A stretch of DNA of 64,000 nt from Zancudomyces culisetae HAW-14-8 (Eukaryota; Fungi; Kickxellomycota). The stretch covers positions 1,426,001-1,490,000 of the forward strand of contig JBNJNM010000021.1 in assembly GCA_052426225.1 (NCBI GenBank), read 5' to 3'. Below, one piece after another: positions 25,731 to 34,733 of the stretch; positions within the stretch are counted from its first letter, which is position 1; each line of letters opens with the position of its first letter. The notes beneath the pieces were generated by a model. The model searched no databases and had not been told where the DNA came from. It was given only the letters and a program-made list of their open reading frames with translations. Both the position numbers and the translations under genes were made by a program.

Positions 25731-26830
25731 TATTGCTAATATATCTTTTGGTTTATATTTGATTTTATTTAATTGTTTTATTAAAATATTCCGTATCGAG
25801 ACATGGATCAGGTTTTCATATGTCATCCATACGTCTCCTTAAATATATTTTTCAAATGTTAAACCACTATATAAATCTAAATATAAAATATGCTTATTAT
25901 TATAATATTATTTATAATTTGTTTGTTATTAATGATAAATGTAAAATGCATGAGATAATTTTACATTTTACATTCATCATTATGGAATTAGCTCAGTATG
26001 AAAAATCGATTGCATACTGAGATCAAAATTATTTGAATAAATTTATAAAAAAATAAACAAAATGAATTTGCATTATCGCACTGAGTGTATCATTTTCAGG
26101 CACATCCACGTACTCTTGTACAATTTGTTAATAATGCGACAATGTTGTATGCTTAGTTCTACCCAAGCTAAACTATTGGGTAAACAGCATACAGCTTCTC
26201 AAACACCGAATAACCACCGTTATCTTGGGTGTTCGAACTAGAAATCTGGGATTACTAGGGTGAAATTATCACCCAAAAAGTGAGTCAATATTAAGTTTTA
26301 ATTGTTTTATTTTAAGTTTCTATTATATAAAGTTTATATAAAATAGCTAGGCTGGTACTAGATTTTACTAGTAACCCCACCACAAGTTTGGTGGTTTTAT
26401 CATTTTGTTTTTAAAGTTAATCGTTAAATAAAATACAAATTAGCTCTAAAATACTTGATTTTTCTCTATAAATTGAAATTTGTGATTTGAGCAAAAACCT
26501 ACCTAAAACCAAGCAAAATCATAGGTAGTGAAGCGTAACAAAATTTTCAAAGGGTATCAGAAAGGTATCAGAGTCTAATTATTGGACCAAAATTAATAGT
26601 TTTGCACACCAAATTTTAGGAGTTGGGCGTAATTTTACCCAGTTTTATCGCATTTATTGAAGTAATAAATACATAAAACTAAATATATATAAGCTATCAG
26701 GTAGAAACGACTGGTTAAAATAAAGTATAACTTTCTCCAGTAACGTTTCCCTTCAATTACCAGAACTTTTTGTAGGTTTAGTTTCGGAAATTTCCTGAGA
26801 AATTATCTGCAAACTCAAATTACAACAACA
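25387..26830 (-). mobile_element. ~1.44-kb TG...CA unit (family K), right arm of the inverted pair
   Basis: Minus strand reads TGTTGTTG...CTTCACA, 1444 bp. Blocks shared with the left arm include ttacgc(c/t)tcacta, ggtaaaatta, aagctg(t)atgct, gcatacaaca, tgtcgca, cactca and ataatgatga. Confidence 0.55.
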
Positions 26831-27163
26831 AGTTGTATTATAGTCATAGCTAGCCTATGACCGTCTCATAAAATTTTTGACATATTCATCGTAGTTTTTA
26901 GTTTGAGAAAAGAAAGAAAAAACACAAATAATTTGAGATATATTAGAATAACAAAATGAAAAAGAATTCGATATTTAATAGATTTTCGAATCTTCAATCA
27001 AGGAGAATTAAGTTTTTATTATCCTTTAGTTCTATAGTAAATAAACTATTTTATACCTAAAAATATAAGGGACACGGTACTTTAGTCAAACAATAGGTAA
27101 AACCCAGTCACTAAGTATCGGATAATTGAGTAGAGTATATATAATTGCTCTTATTATAACAAA

Positions 27164-28183
27164 TGTCGTATAGTAAACTATACTGTAGAGTTGTCCCAAT
27201 TTTATTGGTTAGTTTATCAGATGTGTTTTATAGAAATAGTATAAATATGTTTATTGTGAATTAATTAATAAATTGTCCTTTTCCACAGATAAATAATAGT
27301 ATAATAAATTTATAAATTATTGAAATTGACCTGTCCCGTGTAATACTTGGTAGCGAAAGTTACCAAGTAGGACGTTAAGCATTTTCACTACACGACAGTG
27401 GTGATCCAGCCAGGACTCCACTCTGTTGAGAGGAGTCTTATTGGGCCGAATTGGAATTGAGATTGGCCAAGATGAGATTCGAAATTTCGAAATCTCGAAA
27501 TTCAGATTGCGGAATTCGTGCGATTCCAGTAGTTCAGAAGTGGACAATAAGATACTAGAGCTTGTATAAATGGACTAGGCAGATGGTTGGAGCTCACAGG
27601 CTTCAGGTGATGCAAGATGATTTATGTGAGGGACGAGATGCAGACAGGGTAATCTGCAGTGTGAAGCATATTGGAACTTGCTAGGGACCGTTGGAAGTGA
27701 GTGTGAGTCGTCCATGGGCCATGTAGAGTCTGAATACAGCATAGTAGGAAGTCCAGGAAGCGATTTCGAAATCAACAATTTCGACATTTATGAGTTCGAA
27801 ATTCGGAATTTCAGTGTGAAGTCACATGAATAACTTTGTAGCTTGATAACAACTTATTCTTAGTTTTATAAATATTTTATTATCTTAAAATATCATTTTT
27901 TAGAGACTAAGTAGTTTTTGTGAGCTTGGTTGAGGGCGACTCAAGCTTAAAGGGGGATTACTGTTATATAGTAGTATTATATACCTGTATTTCCTTGTAT
28001 TTTATTGGTTAATTTAATTAGTAATATTTTATGCATTAAATAGTCTAGATTTGAATTAATTAATAAATTGTCTTTTCTCCCAAATTAATTATAGTCCTAA
28101 TATATTCTAATATAAGTCCCGTCCTGTATAATACTGGGTAATTATATTACTCAGTAGGACGTTAAACATGTAAAATCACAACA
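27164..28183 (+). mobile_element. Non-autonomous mini LTR element (TRIM-like), family C LTRs
   Basis: 5' LTR at 27164-27397. PBS TGGTGATCCAGCCAGGA at 27399-27415, identical to element A. About 560 bp of interior with no gag/pol. PPT AAAGGGGGA. 3' LTR at 27962-28183. The two LTRs are homologous but strongly diverged. Confidence 0.82.
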
Positions 28184-28187
28184 AAAG

Positions 28188-31100
28188 TGTCATATCGAAA
28201 TTGATGGATTACCCCTTGTCAGGAATTGGATAGGTAATTGGTTATTTATTAGTCATAATGTTATTATTTTATTATTATTATTATTAGTATTAAATTATTG
28301 GGAAGATTAGACTTTTCTCCCTGAGGAGGGTTTTTTCCTACTTCCTTGATAACAAGTCCGCGTTATCATTTTGTTTTTAAAAAGGGGATTTTTTTTGGTT
28401 AATAAGTTATATAGATACAAGTTCTATATATAGTGTTTATAGTATCGAAAAGGAATAAACAATAATAAAATTTGAACAAGTGTCTACATTAATTAAGTTA
28501 TTTGTAGTAACGGTGGACCTAAACACCCTCCGTAAAGAAAATAACTAGTGTATTGACACTGTGCACCCATAACGGGTACAATAATATTCATAATTAATAT
28601 TACAATTGGCGCTCCCAGCTAGGCGCAACGCTAGTGGGCTACAGATTTCAGCTATAGGAAACAAAGAAGAGTTGAGGTCAAATATAGTTTAAAGATAAAC
28701 CGGAAAAAATCAGAAATGAAGGTGCCAGAGACGTTTGATTGTACCACTGGTATGGACCCAAAGGAATGGGTAGGAAAATACAGGATAATTGCAAAACTTA
28801 ACAAGTGGGATGAGGTTGACTGGATAGATTTTGTGCAACTACACTTGGGTAAGCGAGAGCTGGTTTGGTACAAGAGGAACACTCTCAAGTTCACTTCGTG
28901 GGAAGAATTTACTAAGCAGTTTATTACCAAATTCGGACCAAAAGACCAAAGTTTAAAATACTTGGAGCAGTTGAAAACAATTAGTCAAGAGGAATTCGAA
29001 ACTATTGAGGAGTTAGAATACGAGCTAGAAGAACTGTTAACCAAGTCAAAAATCACGGAAGAGAAACAAAAGCTTAACTGGTTGCTTAGCGCGTTAACTA
29101 CAGAGAATAGAATAAGAGTAAGAAATGCAGGGGTTGAAAGCTGGACCGAGATAGTGGAGCAAATAAGTAAAGATGAACAACAATTAGCTATACAGCGAAA
29201 GCCAAGTGCTATTGAAAAAGAAAACAATAAAAAACAAACTAAACCACGCATTCAGCTTCCGCATTCGGGCAGGCCGATTAAGGATATGGCCCAGGAAAAG
29301 TTAGGTTACGGAGAAATGGTTAAGAAGATGGAGGAGTGGAGTTTGAATCTCCTCACCAAGGTTGACGAGTTGATGGAAAACAAGCTCCGGGAGCATCGTA
29401 GACCCAGACCACAGTCATACACCAGGGGTCCCATCAAGTGTTTTAAGTGTGGGGTCGAAGGACACAAAGTACCAGACTGTCCAGAGCAGAGTAAAGCACA
29501 AGATACCAGTGTAAACTTTATTGAACTTTCTACTGATAAAGAGGAAGACGCCGACGTATTTGCAGTACAGAGAGGAGTACATTCAAGGGGAGTGCAAAAA
29601 CCATATGACTTTAGTAATAAGAGGGTGACCCCAAATACTACAAATGCAAGAGTACCACAACGCAAAGTGGAGGAAATGCGGACAGAAATGGAGATAGAGC
29701 AACCAGCTAAACCTCAAGTGGTTGGAACAGCTAAAGAGCTAGTAGCAAGAGAAGACACACCAAAAAGCAGAAATAAGTTGATACCAAAGATTACTGAAGG
29801 TATAGAACCATTTAACTTAGTGGAGGACCTGAAGAGTTACTACCCTCATATAAGCCTACCCCAACTGATACAGGCTGCCCCACAATTAACGCATGATATG
29901 AGTCAACTAGCAAAAAAGGTAAAAAAAGAGGAGATAAACGAGATACGCCTGAATCCATCTAAGACATCAAGTTGCAAAATTGAGATCACAATATTTGGAA
30001 GAAGAATGTGGGCTATTGTAGATACAGGGGCTGCGTGCTCTGTAGCTACTCCAAACTTAGTATATGGGTGGGGTCTAATCACTGAGCAGTCTGATGGACA
30101 AGTGATAGTCACAGCGGATGGCCGAAGGCATGCACCTCGTGGGATAATTAGAGATGTACCAGTGCAAATAGGAAAGTATATCTTTGCTACTGACATTACC
30201 ATCATGGAAAGAACTGACGATATTCTCATATTAGGAACGGATTGGCTTTTAGCCCACAAAACGAAACTAGATATGCAGAAAGGTGAACTAGCACTACCAG
30301 TAGGAAAACAATTATTGCTAGCACCCCTTTACACTCGCGTAGCAGCAGAAGGAGCAGATTCAGATGAAGCGGAAGTATATTTAGTGATCAGTGAACGTCA
30401 AGATGAGGGAACAGAGGAGGTAGCTATGGACCCGCGGGTCACGGAACTGATAGAGGAAAACAAAGAACTATTCATTGAGGATGTAGAACAGCTCACCCAG
30501 ACGAATGTTACTCAACATCGTATCGAGCTAACACAGGATACTCCCATCCGACAACGTCCATACCGCATACCATTCCACTTATATGAAAAGGTCCGTACTG
30601 AGCTAGAGATTATGGAGAAGAATGGCGTTATTGCGCCCTGCACATCGGAGTGGTGCTCACCCGTTGTAGCAGTCTGGAAAAAGAACGGTAAGCTCCGAAT
30701 CTGTGCGGACTACCGCAAACTGAACCAAGTCACCCGGAAGGATTCCTATCCTCTCCCCACCATAGATGACATTTTTATGGCATTAGCTGGTGCCACCATA
30801 TTTAGCTCGTTTGACGCCTTAAGTGGGTATTGGCAGATACCCATGGCGCTGGAAGATCGCGATAAAACTGCCTTCGCAATTCCTGGAAGTGGGACGTACT
30901 GCTATAACGTGATGCCGTTTGGGCTCACGAATAGCCCAGCCTCCTTCCAGCGAATGATGGAAAAAGCTCTCGCACCTGTGCTCTGGAAGACTACGGTCGT
31001 CTTCATAGATGATATTGTGGTATACTCGACGTCTTTTGAACAACATCTAGTCGATGTTCGTGAGGTCTTACAGCTACTTAAAACTAACAATATACAACTT

Positions 31101-33564
31101 CACAAGAATAAATGTAGTTTAGCCGTAAATTCGTTAACATACTTAGGACACACCATCTCAGGTAAGGGTATTGAGACGTGTATGGATAAAATAATTGCTA
31201 TACAAAAAGCCGAGTCGCCGAAGTCGGTTAAGGAACTTCAATCGTTCCTTGGACTGACTGGTTACTACCGAAAGTTCGTGGAGAACTATGCCAGAATCGT
31301 AGCCCCGTTATTGAAGCTGCTCAAAAAGAATACAGTGTGGAGTTGGCAGTCGGAACATCAGTCAGCAGTAGAAGAACTAAAGAAACAACTTTGCGAGACT
31401 CCAGTTTTATCCCATCCAGATTGGACGCGTGAATTCATTGTCACAACGGACGCCTCCATTGTAGGTATTGGGGCGATCCTTTCCCAGGAATTCGAAGACG
31501 GTGAAAGGCCGATTTGCTATTTGAGTCGTATTTTAAACCCACATGAGAGAAACTATTCAGTGGCACATTTAGAGGGACTTGCCGTAGTATGGTCCGTAAA
31601 GAAATTAAGACAATACTTGTGGGGTAAACACTTTACCGTCCGCACCGACCACAAGGCCCTAATACAACTGTTTAATGGTAAGGACATAACCGGACGTGTT
31701 GCCCGTTGGGCAATGATACTCCGCAACTATAATTACTCCATAGTACATTGTATGGGAAAGCGAAACCCAGCTGATGCGCTGTCCAGGCTTCCAGCAAATC
31801 AACCCTCGACTTCACATGAAGAACTGGACATACTCACACTTGACTTCCTATATTACACTGCTATTACTACTTACCTGAGAGAGAAAGAGTACCCTCGAGG
31901 AGCAGATGAAAAGTTTAGGGAGAAGTTGCGTAACAAGGCGAGGAAGTATACACTGAAAAACGATAGGCTGTGCCGTGTTATAAAAGGACAAGTCAAGGAG
32001 GTCCTGCACGAAAAGAATATCGAAGAGACGATACAATCTATCCATGCAGAAGGACATCATGGAATAGAAAACACATGGCTTAAGGTGAAAGAGAAATATA
32101 CTGGCGAAGGGCTATACGAAGTGGTTAAAAAAATAGTCAATGAATGTATTACCTGCCAAAGATATAAAGGTGGAAGAACCCGAAGAAGCAACCTAAATCC
32201 GATCTTTAGCCCTCGACCATTCAGCATATTTGGATTAGATGCAATTGGACCCATCAATCCGGTGAGTAAGACAGGTAATAGATTTATTTTAACGGGGATC
32301 GATTATTTTACCAAGTGGCCTGTGGCCGCTGCGGTAAGTAATATAAAGACCGAGACCATTATTAGTTTTATAATAACACATATTATCCAGTGGTTCGGGG
32401 TGCCTAGTCAAATTATCACCGACTGCGGCTCGGGATTCGTGAGCGACCTGGCGGAGCAGGTATATAAGGAATTGGGAATTCGGCATACCCCGACAACGCC
32501 GTATCGCCCCCAAAGCAACGGCCAAGTGGAACGGCTGAACCAGACACTGAAGAACGCATTAGTGCGACAATGTCGAAAGGATAAACAAAACTGGGATAAG
32601 TTCATCTGGAAATCGCTGCTTGCAATTAGGACAATGAGAAATAAGTCCACTAAGTACAGCCCCGCTGAATTATTATACGGTGTGCAAATTGCTACTCCCA
32701 GTGTATGGACTCCGCCTCCTGATGTTGACGACCTAGATATTGCAGTACAAGAGCGAATCGATGCTATAAAATCTTCATTGCCAGAGATGAGAACGGATAG
32801 TGTAAGGAATAATGTACTGGCCAAAGAGAGGGATCGAGAATCGTATAACAAGCAGGTCAAGTCGTATAAATTTAATATAGGGGATTTAGTACTAAAGATG
32901 ACGGAGCAAACCCAGAGTAAGCTAGAGGAGATTTGGGAGGGACCCTATCAAGTGGAAAATGTATTATCCAAGGGAACCTATATAATTACGGATAATGAAG
33001 GGAAGAGAGATCTGGTCAATGGGGACATGTTAAAGCAGTTCCATTACAGTAAGAATATGATACCAGAGGTGTCGTCGGTGTTACGTACCAAGTTAAGACG
33101 GTTCAAAAATGTTCCAACGATAAGTCCAATCTGGTAGGGGAGTATCTGTCATATCGAAATTTATGGATTACCCCTTGTCAGGAATTGGATAGGTAATTGG
33201 TTATTTATTAGTCATAATGTTATTATTTTATTATTATTATTATTAGTATTAAATTATTGGGAAGATTAGACTTTTCTCCCTGAGGAGGGTTTTTTCCTAC
33301 TTCCTTGATAACAAGTCCGCGTTATCATTTTGTTTTTAAAAAGGGGATTTTTTTTGGTTAATAAGTTATATAGATACAAGTTCTATATATAGTGTTTATA
33401 GTATCGAAAAGGAATAAACAATAATAAAATTTGAACAAGTGTCTACATTAATCAAGTTATTTGCAGTAACGGTAGACCTAAACACCCTCCGTAAAGAAAA
33501 TAACTAGTGTATTGACACTGTGCATTCATAACGGGTACAATAATATTCATAATTAAAACTGTAA
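28188..33564 (+). mobile_element. Full-length Ty3/Gypsy element, family D copy 1
   Basis: Near-identical LTRs at 28188-28604 and 33147-~33564; the last ~8 nt of the 3' LTR differ. PBS TGGCGCTCCCAGCT at 28607. PPT AGGGGAG. Confidence 0.95.
28716..33137 (+). CDS. Single-ORF Gag-Pol polyprotein (1473 aa)
   Basis: CCHC knuckle CFKCGVEGHKVPDC, protease VDTGA, RT FIDD, RNase H TTDAS, integrase HHCC plus D-D-E and a GPY motif. Uninterrupted. Confidence 0.95.
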   Translation: MKVPETFDCTTGMDPKEWVGKYRIIAKLNKWDEVDWIDFVQLHLGKRELVWYKRNTLKFTSWEEFTKQFITKFGPKDQSLKYLEQLKTISQEEFETIEELEYELEELLTKSKITEEKQKLNWLLSALTTENRIRVRNAGVESWTEIVEQISKDEQQLAIQRKPSAIEKENNKKQTKPRIQLPHSGRPIKDMAQEKLGYGEMVKKMEEWSLNLLTKVDELMENKLREHRRPRPQSYTRGPIKCFKCGVEGHKVPDCPEQSKAQDTSVNFIELSTDKEEDADVFAVQRGVHSRGVQKPYDFSNKRVTPNTTNARVPQRKVEEMRTEMEIEQPAKPQVVGTAKELVAREDTPKSRNKLIPKITEGIEPFNLVEDLKSYYPHISLPQLIQAAPQLTHDMSQLAKKVKKEEINEIRLNPSKTSSCKIEITIFGRRMWAIVDTGAACSVATPNLVYGWGLITEQSDGQVIVTADGRRHAPRGIIRDVPVQIGKYIFATDITIMERTDDILILGTDWLLAHKTKLDMQKGELALPVGKQLLLAPLYTRVAAEGADSDEAEVYLVISERQDEGTEEVAMDPRVTELIEENKELFIEDVEQLTQTNVTQHRIELTQDTPIRQRPYRIPFHLYEKVRTELEIMEKNGVIAPCTSEWCSPVVAVWKKNGKLRICADYRKLNQVTRKDSYPLPTIDDIFMALAGATIFSSFDALSGYWQIPMALEDRDKTAFAIPGSGTYCYNVMPFGLTNSPASFQRMMEKALAPVLWKTTVVFIDDIVVYSTSFEQHLVDVREVLQLLKTNNIQLHKNKCSLAVNSLTYLGHTISGKGIETCMDKIIAIQKAESPKSVKELQSFLGLTGYYRKFVENYARIVAPLLKLLKKNTVWSWQSEHQSAVEELKKQLCETPVLSHPDWTREFIVTTDASIVGIGAILSQEFEDGERPICYLSRILNPHERNYSVAHLEGLAVVWSVKKLRQYLWGKHFTVRTDHKALIQLFNGKDITGRVARWAMILRNYNYSIVHCMGKRNPADALSRLPANQPSTSHEELDILTLDFLYYTAITTYLREKEYPRGADEKFREKLRNKARKYTLKNDRLCRVIKGQVKEVLHEKNIEETIQSIHAEGHHGIENTWLKVKEKYTGEGLYEVVKKIVNECITCQRYKGGRTRRSNLNPIFSPRPFSIFGLDAIGPINPVSKTGNRFILTGIDYFTKWPVAAAVSNIKTETIISFIITHIIQWFGVPSQIITDCGSGFVSDLAEQVYKELGIRHTPTTPYRPQSNGQVERLNQTLKNALVRQCRKDKQNWDKFIWKSLLAIRTMRNKSTKYSPAELLYGVQIATPSVWTPPPDVDDLDIAVQERIDAIKSSLPEMRTDSVRNNVLAKERDRESYNKQVKSYKFNIGDLVLKMTEQTQSKLEEIWEGPYQVENVLSKGTYIITDNEGKRDLVNGDMLKQFHYSKNMIPEVSSVLRTKLRRFKNVPTISPIW

Positions 33565-33853
33565 TGTTATATAAAACTTTAACTTTATATTATTATATAT
33601 AGATTTCACACATATATAACTTTTACCCTACTCTGTTACAAGTAATTTAGCTCAAGTTATTATAATTTAAGTTAGAAAAATCATATCCTCCCTTTAGATT
33701 CAATATTCAAAAACTATTTATATTTTTTTAGAATCGAAATAATAACCAAACTATAAATTTATCCAATCAGAGCAATGTCGTATTATCCACTATACGACAG
33801 TACCCCCCCGTTAATCAGATGTGGATGCCCTCATCCCGATTATACTGCTTATA

Positions 33854-34733
33854 TGTTATAATCAATGAGCTGCTTATAACTATGCTGTGATTAATATTCA
33901 GTATTATTATTTATTAGGAAGAAGTAGTTATTTAGAAAAATATATTATTAGATGAGTTAATGATATCTTTTTCTCTGATGTATCCCAACGGAATTTCGAA
34001 GGGTTTATATATTTTTTCATCAGAGAAATTTGCTATGAAAAAACTTAGTGATAATAATTTTTTAGTTTTAAAATTTTACTATGTAAAAATGAACTAATTT
34101 AAAGTAACTATCAAAATTGAGTTTATCAAACTTCTTGTTTGATTTATTCATGAGATTACTATATCGATTTTAACATGTATTTTGTTTATCGATTTTAACA
34201 TGTATTTTGTTTATCGAATTTTATCATGGTTTTTGGTTATCCAATTTTAACATGTATTATGTTTATCGATTTTAACATGTATTTTGTTTATCGAATTTTA
34301 TCATGGTTTTTGGTTATCTATTTTGCATACGATATTGTATATCGATTTTGCCTATGACTTTGTATATCGATTTTGCCTACGATATTGTATATCGATTTTG
34401 CCTATGATTTTGTATATCGATTTTGCCTATGATTTTGTATATCGATTTTAACATGAATTTTAAAAATTTAATTATTGAAAATTTTCTTTAATTTTCTTTG
34501 TCAATTTTCCCAATAATAAATACTGTGATTTCATGATGAATTTTGCATACATGATTCCAATGTCGGAATGGCTTATTTGAATGTCGTAAGTGAAATAATA
34601 AAATAGTTTAATTTTTTATAGAACAAAAATGTAAACTAAAATTTATGTTCCGGGAATTTGCCATTCCTAACATTTTAGGATCGATTCCAACAAAGATCCA
34701 TTTTTTTTTTTGAATATATTGCCATTCCTAACG
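33854..34733 (-). mobile_element. Solo LTR of chromovirus J (880 bp)
   Basis: Matches the LTRs of 50308-56662. 5-bp TSD TTATA at 33849-33853 and 34734-34738. It interrupts the integrase tail of element I. Confidence 0.93.
34160..34460. repeat. Degenerate ~22-26-bp minisatellite within the J LTR (tatcgattttgcctatgattttgta / tatcgattttaacatgtattttgtt)
   Basis: Seen directly. Also present at ~50614-50914, and expanded at ~56038-56390. Confidence 0.85.
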
